Assembly (NCBI GenBank): GCA_024408505.1
Contig: JAKSUZ010000002.1
Span: 1,337 to 65,336 of the forward strand
Direction: 5' to 3'
Source of the DNA: Bacilli bacterium
GTDB lineage: Bacteria > Bacillota_I > Bacilli_A > RFN20 > CAG-826
DNA length: 64,000 nt
Below, piece by piece: positions 19,630 through 28,457 of this stretch; within the stretch, counting starts at the first letter, position 1, and each line of letters starts with the position of its first letter. The notes beneath the pieces are model-generated. The model saw only the letters and a list, made by a program, of their open reading frames with translations. It made no database searches and was not told the DNA's origin. The position numbers and the translations under genes are program-made.

Positions 19630-19720
19630 CACGGAGGCCTCTTTTATATTTATTCTAAATATAACTTTTTTTCGAGTTTTTGGAAAAGTTAACCAAATCA
19701 CGCATTAGTTAACTTTTTTT
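19630..19720 (-). promoter_or_regulatory. 91-nt conserved intergenic element, copy A (upstream of the unknown envelope operon)
   Basis: Aligns without gaps to 40367..40457. A 36-nt core (19666..19701) differs at one position. Two GTTAAC palindromes (19688-19693, 19708-19713) are spaced 14 nt apart. Confidence 0.6.
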
Positions 19721-20375
19721 ACAATAAGCTTAGTTGTTGATAGTGTAAATCCTTGACTGGCTTATAGGAAAAACGATATTCAGAATCGATTGGACCGAGC
19801 TCTTTTAATAGTCTTAAATGTTCCTTAGTGGGATAACCTTTATGCTCTTTAAATTTATATTTAGGATATTTCTTATCTAATTCATCCATATAACGATCAC
19901 GAGCGACTTTGGCTAAAATCGAAGCGGCTGCTACGGCTAACGATTTTGCATCGCCTTTCACTAATGGAATTACCTTACATGCCTCCATTGGTAATGGCAT
20001 TGCATCGGTAATTACCATATGGTATTTATGTTTTAAGTTATGTAGTGCAGTTATCATGGCTTTTCTACTAGCTTCATAGATGTTAATCTTATCGATCTCT
20101 TTAGCGCTTATAAAACTAACCGCATAACTAAGTGCATCCTTTTTAATAATTTTTTCTAACGCTTCGCGTTTCTTTGTGCTTAGTTTTTTAGAATCATTAA
20201 TATCTTCGTTTTTATAATCTTTAGGAAAAATCACCGCAGCCGCCACTACTGGACCCACAATCGGACCGCGACCGGCTTCATCCGTGCCAGCAATAAAGTT
20301 AATCGTTTTAGAATAAAATTTCTTTTCAAAATCTAACATATTAATCGAAGTAAAGCTTACCGAGTTTGCCATCAC
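19719..20375 (-). CDS. rnhB: Ribonuclease HII
   Basis: AGTDEAGRGPIVGPVVAAAV catalytic motif. An alternative start at ATG 20339 lies 1 nt after the rbgA stop. Confidence 0.9.
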   Translation of the reverse strand: MMANSVSFTSINMLDFEKKFYSKTINFIAGTDEAGRGPIVGPVVAAAVIFPKDYKNEDINDSKKLSTKKREALEKIIKKDALSYAVSFISAKEIDKINIYEASRKAMITALHNLKHKYHMVITDAMPLPMEACKVIPLVKGDAKSLAVAAASILAKVARDRYMDELDKKYPKYKFKEHKGYPTKEHLRLLKELGPIDSEYRFSYKPVKDLHYQQLSLL

Positions 20376-21141
20376 GAATATCTTTTAAGAATAAACTTCT
20401 CGCGCGTTCAAAATTAACGCTCTTATCGTTTTTAATTTGATACTTCTCCGCGATTGCTTTAAATGATTCATGAGAATTCTTTTTAATCTCACCATAACGC
20501 GCAACATAGAGTTTAGGATAATGTTTAGTAATATAAGAATACGCAAATTCACTTAATTCAATTACGGGTAAGATATTAATCTTAATTGCACCGATTAGGG
20601 CTAATACATAGTTAGATTCTAAATAATCAGTTGGTAATATTCCTGGAGTGTCTAATAAATAAAATTTATTATTTACATTAATCCAACGATTATTTTTGGT
20701 TAATCCTGGTTTATTTTCAACTTTAGTGATTTTTTTCTTCACTAACGCATTAATTAAAGAAGACTTACCAACATTAGGGATTCCAATAATCATCGCTTTA
20801 ATCGGTAACGGCTTAATTCCGCGTTTAATCTCTTTCTCGCGCTTTTTTGACATTATGGATGTAATTTTATTCACTAAAGCATTTAAAGACTTCTGATCGT
20901 TGATATTTACGAGAATGCTATTACTATCTAATTCAATTTTAGAAGTGTCCGCTAAATCAGATTTCATTAATACCAGTAGGTGTGGTTTATTAATTCCAAT
21001 AGTCTTAAAGAAAGGATTCGTGGTTTTATTTGGTGAACGAGCGTCCACTAATTCAATCACTAGATCCACAAGTTTAATAGCCTCTAATAACTTATTAGAA
21101 GCCTTTTTCATATGTCCTGGGTACCAATGAATAACATCCAT
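20341..21141 (-). CDS. rbgA: Ribosome biogenesis GTPase A (YlqF/RbgA)
   Basis: HWYPGHMKKA N-terminus and a circularly permuted GTPase (LMKSD...GIPNVGKSSLIN...DTPG). Confidence 0.9.
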   Translation of the reverse strand: MDVIHWYPGHMKKASNKLLEAIKLVDLVIELVDARSPNKTTNPFFKTIGINKPHLLVLMKSDLADTSKIELDSNSILVNINDQKSLNALVNKITSIMSKKREKEIKRGIKPLPIKAMIIGIPNVGKSSLINALVKKKITKVENKPGLTKNNRWINVNNKFYLLDTPGILPTDYLESNYVLALIGAIKINILPVIELSEFAYSYITKHYPKLYVARYGEIKKNSHESFKAIAEKYQIKNDKSVNFERARSLFLKDIRDGKLGKLYFD

Positions 21142-21286
21142 ACATTAGATTATATAACAAAAAAGAAAACGGACCTAATGAGGTGAACCCTATTTGTTGG
21201 ACACAACTGTTATATCATTATATCACGAGTTTTAGCACTTATAATTTAGATAATATATAATTAATCTTAGATAGAGGTTTTCATAC

Positions 21287-22435
21287 ATGAAAAAACTAGG
21301 TTTATTAGTAATGCCGTTAATGGCTGTTTCGTTTTTAGCGAGTTGTAATAGTGGCGGAGACAATCCTGAAAAAGATCTAGAATTCACTGCTAGTACTGCG
21401 GCTATATTAGATATATCTAGAACAATAGCAAATATTGCTTTAGATTGGACACCAATTGATCATTCTATTGAATGTAGTAATTTTACTTTTACTCTTAATA
21501 GTCAATCTCATATTAAATCAACAATAACACCAGGCGAAATTGGTTCTCGCCCATTACATTTGACTATAACATTTGATGAGCCGTTAAGCGAAGGCGATAA
21601 TGGCGATTTAAAGTTTCACTACAATGATATAACCGCTAAAAAGGAAGGCGATGCTGAAATTGATGGGATTGATATTAAGAGAACATTAGAAGACTGTACT
21701 TGGAAAGAAATTAACGAAATATCTATGAGTGGCAAGGCAGCAGAAACCTTTAAGATTGGCGACACTAAGACTGTTAAGGTCAATAATAAAAATCATAAAG
21801 TAAGAATTATTGGTTTTAATCACGATTATAGTGAACTACCAGACGATGGTAGCGCCCCAGATTCAAACAAAATGTTAGGCATTACTTTTGAATTCGCGAA
21901 TGTAATTACTAAAAACGATGGAAGTCCTGCTACTACTCCTTGGAATCAAGAAGATGCGAAAAATTATGATTATCGTAGTTCTACTCTTAATACTTTCTTA
22001 AATAACGATGTATTAAATATGCTTCCTAGTAGTGGTGACCCAAATAATCCTGATTTAAGAGAAGTTATTAAACCAGTTGATAAGAAGGTTGGCGTGTCCA
22101 CTGATGAAGGCTCTACTTATAACGCGATTAGTTTTGATGGTGACGCTCATCCATATCCTTATCTTTTTCCATTAGCATATGATGAAATAACCGTTGAGGA
22201 AGAGACAGGTGTTCCTTCGGATGAAGGTAACACCTACCAATATTATAAAAATTACAAATACAAAAAATATCGAGTTAAAAAGACAGTTGGTAGCGAGGAA
22301 GGAGGAGTATATTTTCTTCGTTCGCCTTCTACTAAAAGTAGTGGTGAACGCGCTACGTGGATTACTACGATTGGTGAGTTTGCCTTCCATTATGTTGAGT
22401 TGCCACGTGATCTCGCTCCCGCTTTCTGTATTTAA
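21287..22435 (+). CDS. Surface lipoprotein with a C-terminal DUF6273-like domain (unverified)
   Basis: MKKLGLLVMPLMAVSFLASC lipobox. C-terminal pattern YFLRSPS...APAFCI. The first 60 nt match the start of the 34321..35973 gene at 53 of 60 positions. Confidence 0.7.
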   Translation: MKKLGLLVMPLMAVSFLASCNSGGDNPEKDLEFTASTAAILDISRTIANIALDWTPIDHSIECSNFTFTLNSQSHIKSTITPGEIGSRPLHLTITFDEPLSEGDNGDLKFHYNDITAKKEGDAEIDGIDIKRTLEDCTWKEINEISMSGKAAETFKIGDTKTVKVNNKNHKVRIIGFNHDYSELPDDGSAPDSNKMLGITFEFANVITKNDGSPATTPWNQEDAKNYDYRSSTLNTFLNNDVLNMLPSSGDPNNPDLREVIKPVDKKVGVSTDEGSTYNAISFDGDAHPYPYLFPLAYDEITVEEETGVPSDEGNTYQYYKNYKYKKYRVKKTVGSEEGGVYFLRSPSTKSSGERATWITTIGEFAFHYVELPRDLAPAFCI

Positions 22436-22565
22436 TTAATAAACGCAACTTAGTTATAATATTTTAATCGACATTGAGTAAATCTCATTTTTACTGACAA
22501 CTCTGTTCTATCTTTCTTATAGCGATTAGTCGGAACTTTTCTTCTGTTATCCATCCTATAAAGAA

Positions 22566-22598
22566 AACCCCTCAGTTGGTTGTCCAACTTTCGGGGTT
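22566..22598 (-). terminator. Rho-independent terminator of rplS
   Basis: Minus strand: AACCCCGAAAGTTGG-ACAA-CCAACTGAGGGGTT followed by TTCTTTAT. Confidence 0.75.
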
Positions 22599-22624
22599 CG
22601 CTTCACTAAGTCCGTCTTCTTAAT

Positions 22625-22999
22625 TTATTTCTTCTCTTCCTTGTCTTGAGAATTTAAGTTTTCTTCAATTCGAGCACTCTTACCAGCGCGTTTACGTAGA
22701 TAAGTAATCTTATTACGTCTCACCTTGCCGCGTTTAGTAACTTCAATCTTACTAACCACCGGTGAATGGAGTGGGAAGGTTCTTTCCACACCAATTCCGC
22801 TACTAACCTTACGAACCGTAAAGGTAGCACTTACGCCAGAGCCACGACGTTGCATTACGACGCCTTGGAAAACTTGAATACGGGATTTGTTATTTTCAGT
22901 AATTCTAACTGAGACTTTAACAGTATCACCGCTTTTAAAATCAGGAATATTGCTCTTAAGTTGACGAGAAGCAATTTCATTCACTAAATCTTTACTCAT
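22625..22999 (-). CDS. rplS: 50S ribosomal protein L19
   Basis: [38 protein letters not shown]...FTVRK are L19 hallmarks. GGAGGAAG RBS. Confidence 0.95.
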   Translation of the reverse strand: MSKDLVNEIASRQLKSNIPDFKSGDTVKVSVRITENNKSRIQVFQGVVMQRRGSGVSATFTVRKVSSGIGVERTFPLHSPVVSKIEVTKRGKVRRNKITYLRKRAGKSARIEENLNSQDKEEKK

Positions 23000-23082
23000 G
23001 TTTCTTCCTCCTTTTCTTCTATCTATTCACTTCGTGTTCGTGCCTAGACTTCGGTAGCGGACCACGCGTAACATGAAAAATC
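23000..23082 (-). promoter_or_regulatory. Possible structured rplS 5' leader (L19-leader-like)
   Basis: A leader of roughly 80 nt, locally G+C-rich, lies between a TATAAC-like -10 and the rplS RBS. L19 leaders are known in Bacillota. I did not confirm the fold. Confidence 0.3.
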
Positions 23083-23138
23083 ATGCTTAGTTATAATAAA
23101 CTAAATACAAATAAAGTTCAATTAATAATCGTAATTGG

Positions 23139-23393
23139 CTATTTCTTTGTGTTTAATTCATCGAGCGTCTTAATAATAACTCGTTTGTTTTTTATATCAT
23201 CCAAAGACTTTTGTAATTTAATAATGTATTTAATATTATTAGAAGCTTTTTGCAATTCGTTATATTGATCAAGTGACATCAAAACAACATCTTTTTTATT
23301 TTTACGTGTAATGATGTAAATCTCACCTTTATTAGCTTCATCGCAATACTTCTTCAAAGAGTTGCGCGCTGTAGAATAATTAACCGTTTGCAT
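23139..23393 (-). CDS. Phd/YefM-family antitoxin (no adjacent toxin gene)
   Basis: N-terminus MQTVNYSTARNSLKKYCDEAxxxxxxIITRKNKKDVVLMSLDQYNEL matches the YefM/Phd pattern. Confidence 0.7.
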   Translation of the reverse strand: MQTVNYSTARNSLKKYCDEANKGEIYIITRKNKKDVVLMSLDQYNELQKASNNIKYIIKLQKSLDDIKNKRVIIKTLDELNTKK

Positions 23394-23442
23394 AAGAATA
23401 CCTTACAAATAAGATAGCATAAGTTGTCAATATCTTGTACAA

Positions 23443-24132
23443 CTATTTTTTCTTACTAAACGTTTGATCAATTAACTTAATGGCGAAGTAAGTAAAGAAA
23501 ACGCCTAAGGTATTACCGATTAATACCATGACTAGATTTAAGAAGGTTCCTAGTGTCCATGCTTGCGCATAGGCAATATACAACGTATTAGTCATTAAAT
23601 TCTCAAAACCACATACCACGAAAATCCCAACCGCTAAAATCGGAGAAATTACTTTAACAAAACCGTTGTTACTTCTTTTATAAGCCACACCACCAATAAA
23701 ACAAATTAATCCGCACATAAACCCGGTAATAATTGACATATACCAAGGTTTACCATCTTCACCACCGATTAAGATTTCTCTAGCATCCGTAAATTTAATG
23801 GCGGATAAAACAAAGTCTTCTCTACTATTTCCTGCGCGAAATAAATAGGCAAAAGCGACAATCGTTCCCATATTAACAATTAATGAAATGATAAGTGAGA
23901 ACAGTGCTTTCTTCTTATCTTTATCATTAACAACATTGCATAAATGGCAATTATATAATTCAAGATTAAAAAATAGACATAAAAGCAAACCAAAACCTTG
24001 AATAAAGGCGCCGGCGACAAATGCGCCATTAGCATCCATCGCAATTAATTCAAAACCCGCTAGGGCCATAATTAAACCAGCCACGAAACTAGAAATTGTT
24101 ACTCTTAAGTAGTGATTCATTATTTTGCCCAC
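23443..24132 (-). CDS. Formate/nitrite transporter (FNT)-like membrane protein
   Basis: Six predicted TM helices. VVCGFENLMTNTLYI resembles the FNT GFEHSIANM segment, with Asn at the central His position. Overlaps the upstream aminopeptidase stop. Confidence 0.5.
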   Translation of the reverse strand: MGKIMNHYLRVTISSFVAGLIMALAGFELIAMDANGAFVAGAFIQGFGLLLCLFFNLELYNCHLCNVVNDKDKKKALFSLIISLIVNMGTIVAFAYLFRAGNSREDFVLSAIKFTDAREILIGGEDGKPWYMSIITGFMCGLICFIGGVAYKRSNNGFVKVISPILAVGIFVVCGFENLMTNTLYIAYAQAWTLGTFLNLVMVLIGNTLGVFFTYFAIKLIDQTFSKKK

Positions 24133-25358
24133 TCTCCGTTTTTAAAGATTACTACTTTTTTATCGTTTTTGGTAATAGCGGTAATTTTTAAATCTTTAGT
24201 GCCAATCATAAAATCAACATGGTTAGTAGCGTTATTTAATCCTTTTCTTAACAAGGATTCTTTATCCATTAATTCATAACCACGATAAGTATAGCGATAG
24301 GCATCACCAAAGGCGAAATGACAACATGCATTTTCATCTAATAATGTATTAAAGAAAATAATATTGGTTTGATTAATCATTGATGAATATGGTACTAAAG
24401 CAGCCTCGCCAAGATAATGCATATTCTCTTCTTGGTTAATTAATTGTTTTAATAACTTTTCGTTTTTCTTCGCATGCGCTTCAACGATTCTTCCTTTTTT
24501 AAATTTTAATTTAATACCTTCAATTAATTGTCCATTTTCGCATAAAGGTTTAGAGGCGACGACTATACCTTCAGTTAATAAACGATGTGGAGAAACAAAA
24601 CATTCTTCGGTTGGAATATTGGAATAATATTTACTCTTACGAATAATATCAAAGTCATAAGTACCCGCGAATTGATAACGGTCGGTCATCCCGACCATTA
24701 AATCCGTTCCGTTCTTACTTTGATAATGAAGTGCTTTAATATGAAGTGAATTTAGCCACTTGGCTTTATCATCAATCGCTTTACAATGTTTATCCCAACC
24801 TTTAAGCGCATCATTCGCGGTTACGTAAGTAAACTTAAATATTAATTGCCAGAATTTTTCTACGCCTGCTTCTTTACTTAATTTTGGGAATAATAACTTT
24901 GCCCATTCAATTGATGGAAGACAAGCGATGGTATAAGGAGCGCGATAACTTGTGTCGCCTCTAACCTTATCAACATAAGCGCGACGAATCATATTCGGAA
25001 TCGAGGTCTTACGAGCATCCACTCCATTTAAATAATCTGGATTATTACTTTCTAGATAAATAAATGCAACATTATTTTTAACATCAAATTTAATTTCTTC
25101 TTTTTTATACGGTGGAATAATTTTTAATTCTTCTAAAGAAGTACGTTCGGCAATTAATCTTTCTACTGGACAATAATTCCAATTCACCACCACGTGGCGC
25201 GCTCCAGCTAGATAACATTCTTCTACTAAAGTATTAACAAAATCTGGTTGATCAATATCCGCAACAATTTTAATTAAACGTCCACTCGGAATATTTAAAC
25301 CACGTCTAACAATTAGACGAGCGTAGTTTCTTTTTAATTTTTCAAAATCTTTAATCAT
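24120..25358 (-). CDS. Aminopeptidase, M29 (AmpS/PepS) family, copy 2
   Basis: Collinear with 25355..26602 (KNGTDLxVG, VECFxSP, YLGExALVPY, DENAxCHxAFG, HIDFMIG). ATG 25358 forms an ATGA overlap with the upstream stop. Confidence 0.85.
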   Translation of the reverse strand: MIKDFEKLKRNYARLIVRRGLNIPSGRLIKIVADIDQPDFVNTLVEECYLAGARHVVVNWNYCPVERLIAERTSLEELKIIPPYKKEEIKFDVKNNVAFIYLESNNPDYLNGVDARKTSIPNMIRRAYVDKVRGDTSYRAPYTIACLPSIEWAKLLFPKLSKEAGVEKFWQLIFKFTYVTANDALKGWDKHCKAIDDKAKWLNSLHIKALHYQSKNGTDLMVGMTDRYQFAGTYDFDIIRKSKYYSNIPTEECFVSPHRLLTEGIVVASKPLCENGQLIEGIKLKFKKGRIVEAHAKKNEKLLKQLINQEENMHYLGEAALVPYSSMINQTNIIFFNTLLDENACCHFAFGDAYRYTYRGYELMDKESLLRKGLNNATNHVDFMIGTKDLKITAITKNDKKVVIFKNGEWAK

Positions 25359-26602
25359 AGCTTCTTCGCCCAATTCCCGTTTTTAAATATTTGAACCTTT
25401 TTGCCATCGCGCGTAGTGGCGACAATGTTTAAATCTTTATTACCAATCATAAAGTCAATATGGATATTACTACAGTTAATGCCACGCTTAATAAGTTCTT
25501 CTTTCTTTAATTTTCTTAAGGCTGGTTTATAGGTTGTTTCAATCGATGAGCCGAATGCTAAATGGCATGCAGCGTTTTCATCAATTAAAGTATTGTAATA
25601 AACCATTTTAGTGTTATTAACTTCTGAATCATAAGGCACTAAAGCCACTTCGCCTAAATAATGCGAAGCATCTTCGGTATTAATTAATCTTTTTAAAAGT
25701 TGTTCACCTTTCTTCGCCTTCACTTCGACAATTCTTCCTTTATGGAAACGAATAGAAAAATCTTTCATTAATTGACCATCTCTTGATAATGGTTTAGTGG
25801 AATAAACAATACCTTCGGTCACCAATCGATCGGGAGTGGTAAAACATTCCACGGCTGGCATATTCGGATTATAGGGTGGATTACCTAAAGAATCATGTGC
25901 GCCACCACAGAAAGTAACATCTTTATGAACACCAACGATTAAATCCGTACCATTCTTACTTGTATAGTGAAGAGTCTTAATATGAAGAGAATCAAGCCAC
26001 TTCGCTCTAGCTCTAATTTCTTTATTATATTTTTGCCAATTCTTAATTGGATCACCTTTAAGTCGACAACAAATAATAATTTTCTCCCACATTTTCATAA
26101 GCGCTTCTTTTTCGCTTAGTTTTGGGAAAAGAACTTTCGCCCATTCTTTACCAGGAACTGCGGCTAAACACCAAGGTGTTTCCACCATTCTCATCTTTTC
26201 GCGATAAGGCGCTCTTTCTTTTAAATGTGCTTTCTTAACATCCGCCACTTTAACTGGATCAATTCCTTCCATCCAGTATGGTGATTCGCTTTCAAGTACC
26301 ACTAACGGAACTTTTTCATCGGCTTCAAATTTAAAACGCGCAATCTCAGGAGAATAAACATTCATTAATTCTTCTTTACTGGTGTGCTTATAAATAGTTC
26401 TAAATACTGGGCGATATAGCCAAGTAACTTCTACGCGTCTAGCGCCTCGATTATAAAGTTCTTCAACGACGTAAGTAACAAATTCCGGATCATCTAAATC
26501 GGCTTGAACTTGGCATATTCGACCTTTGCAATCGTTGATACCAACAACTGCAATAAGTTTTGCGTATTTCTTCTTATAGATGGTTAATTCTTTCTCGGTC
26601 AT
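25355..26602 (-). CDS. Aminopeptidase, M29 (AmpS/PepS) family, copy 1
   Basis: Same family motifs as copy 2. 4-nt overlap with the upstream ThyX-like gene. Confidence 0.85.
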   Translation of the reverse strand: MTEKELTIYKKKYAKLIAVVGINDCKGRICQVQADLDDPEFVTYVVEELYNRGARRVEVTWLYRPVFRTIYKHTSKEELMNVYSPEIARFKFEADEKVPLVVLESESPYWMEGIDPVKVADVKKAHLKERAPYREKMRMVETPWCLAAVPGKEWAKVLFPKLSEKEALMKMWEKIIICCRLKGDPIKNWQKYNKEIRARAKWLDSLHIKTLHYTSKNGTDLIVGVHKDVTFCGGAHDSLGNPPYNPNMPAVECFTTPDRLVTEGIVYSTKPLSRDGQLMKDFSIRFHKGRIVEVKAKKGEQLLKRLINTEDASHYLGEVALVPYDSEVNNTKMVYYNTLIDENAACHLAFGSSIETTYKPALRKLKKEELIKRGINCSNIHIDFMIGNKDLNIVATTRDGKKVQIFKNGNWAKKL

Positions 26603-27192
26603 AGTTTATCTACACCAGTTAACTCCACAAAATGCGGTAAGCTTTCGCACCACTTACAAAATACATGCCATTCGCTTAATTTATGATGGCGTCTTTGTAA
26701 ATACATCGTTTTTAATTGTTGATAATTAGTAGTCATGGTCGCACCTAAACAGAAACCACTTGGAAGGGTTGCAACAAGTTCTCTCCATTTCGCAGTTCTA
26801 TTTGGATCAGTTAATTCCATCTTGAGCACTTCATCCGCTTTTTCTTGTGCGATTTGAATTACTCTTGGATCCGTTTCTTTTACGCATTGATCTCCTACTT
26901 TAAATTTAAGAAGACAGTGCATGGTGGATTGAGATGATACAAAATCAAACCAATGATATCTTTGGGCTTGTTTCCACCAATACAAAGGTGCAGTAACATC
27001 TAAATGCACTAAAATGCCCTTTAGATAATTATCGTGACCCTCACCATTACGCGCTCCGCCAAGCTTAGCACCCCGCACAAAATCTTTTCCATCACATGGA
27101 CTATTGTCGATTTCGGTGCGCATAGGATTACCACTCGCCTTCACCGCTCTTTCTAATCCATAAACATAACTGTTTTTAATGTTAAATTCCAT
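26599..27192 (-). CDS. ThyX-fold protein lacking the canonical ThyX catalytic motif
   Basis: GHDNYLKGILVHLDVTAPLYWWKQAQRYHWFDFVSSQSTMH aligns by eye to the ThyX segment [41 protein letters not shown]. The RHRxxSxxxxSxR residues are replaced. Confidence 0.55.
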   Translation of the reverse strand: MEFNIKNSYVYGLERAVKASGNPMRTEIDNSPCDGKDFVRGAKLGGARNGEGHDNYLKGILVHLDVTAPLYWWKQAQRYHWFDFVSSQSTMHCLLKFKVGDQCVKETDPRVIQIAQEKADEVLKMELTDPNRTAKWRELVATLPSGFCLGATMTTNYQQLKTMYLQRRHHKLSEWHVFCKWCESLPHFVELTGVDKL

Positions 27193-27973
27193 GATAAGCC
27201 TCCAATAAATTAACTAACAATGTTAAACGGGTTAATAAACCAACACCACCAGGAACAGGTGTTTGTAATTTTACTTTTAAATTCGGTTCCGCGTCTCCGT
27301 GTAAACCAGTTTCATCACGATTAATTCCAACATCCACTACGACTGCGCTTTCTTTTAATTTAAATTCATGATTTAAGAAATGTTGATGACCAATTGCCAC
27401 TACGATAATATCCGCATGTGCTAAATAAAATTCCATATCGCTTCGAGTGGTCTTACTATGTAATTGAGTCACATTCGCGGATTCATTACGTAATAAGATT
27501 TGCATAGGTTTACCAACGATATTACTTCTTCCAATCACCACTGCATTCTTACCCATAATTTCAACCTTTTCACTTTTTAGATAATCAATAATTCCTTTAG
27601 GCGTGCAAGGAGAGAAGGTCGACATTGGATGAAAACCATCAACGTCTTTCTTTGGGTTAACCGATAACTTAATAATGTTTTCGTTAATGTGTTTTGGAAG
27701 TGGCATTTGAACGATTAAACCATGCACTTTAGGATTATTGTTATATTTGTTAATAAGTTTAATTAAATCTTCTTGAGAGATGGTTGGTTGTTGTTTATCT
27801 AAGATTACATTCGCTCCAACTTCCGCCCCGTCTTTAAGTTTTCCACGTACATAAGCATCGCTAGCGGGGTCATTATTAACTTGAATAATAACTAAACAAG
27901 GCTTTTCGCTAAGTTTACTTATTTCTTCTTTAAGCTCACTTTTTCTTTTAGTAACGTAATCTTTGATAATCAT
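27182..27973 (-). CDS. folD: Bifunctional methylenetetrahydrofolate dehydrogenase/cyclohydrolase
   Basis: LVIIQVNNDPASDAYVRGK, GLIVQMPLP, VVIGRSNIVGKP and PVPGGVGLLT motifs. Confidence 0.9.
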   Translation of the reverse strand: MIIKDYVTKRKSELKEEISKLSEKPCLVIIQVNNDPASDAYVRGKLKDGAEVGANVILDKQQPTISQEDLIKLINKYNNNPKVHGLIVQMPLPKHINENIIKLSVNPKKDVDGFHPMSTFSPCTPKGIIDYLKSEKVEIMGKNAVVIGRSNIVGKPMQILLRNESANVTQLHSKTTRSDMEFYLAHADIIVVAIGHQHFLNHEFKLKESAVVVDVGINRDETGLHGDAEPNLKVKLQTPVPGGVGLLTRLTLLVNLLEAYHGI

Positions 27974-28035
27974 AGTTAGTATTATATAACAAAAAAACTA
28001 TCATAAAGATAGTTTTATTAATAATAACTAGTTAA

Positions 28036-28341
28036 TTAAAGAACGTTAATTAAAGTAGTAATCGCCATCGCTAACTGAGTTGGCTGATCAGGATCAGGTT
28101 TTGGTTCTGGTGCTGGTTGAATGGCGCTAATTAAAATTGCTAGGAAGAAGAAAACAATGGCAAAACCAAAGGTTAACCAAGTAATTACTCTTTCGCTACC
28201 TCTTTCTTTAGTCTTAGCAAAAACGTTAAGTCCACCACCAGTAATGGCACCAGAAGCACCTTCTGATTTACCACCTTGGAGCAAACTTAAAACAATAATG
28301 ATTAATGCTATAACTAGAAAGATGTAATCATACCATTGCAT
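28036..28341 (-). CDS. secG: Preprotein translocase subunit SecG
   Basis: Two TM helices flank LLQGGKSEGASGAITGGG. It carries an extra Pro-rich C-terminal tail. Confidence 0.8.
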   Translation of the reverse strand: MQWYDYIFLVIALIIIVLSLLQGGKSEGASGAITGGGLNVFAKTKERGSERVITWLTFGFAIVFFFLAILISAIQPAPEPKPDPDQPTQLAMAITTLINVL

Positions 28342-28457
28342 AATTTATCTCGCCTTAATATCTTCGCATAATTAACTAATTATGCAAGTTAATAGTTTTA
28401 TATCAAAAAATATTGTTATTTCATATAAATTATTATATAATTTATATGGAGTTAAAT

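Noticed and set aside
22451-22463. 13-nt match CTTAGTTATAATA, also found at 23088..23100
   Set aside because: The match is short and AT-rich and contains a TATAAT box. It is most likely a coincidental promoter-like sequence rather than a repeat element.
28036-28100. Pro-rich C-terminal extension of SecG (QPAPEPKPDPDQPTQ...) as a separate feature
   Set aside because: It is probably just a lineage-specific low-complexity tail. There is no evidence of a frameshift or gene fusion.
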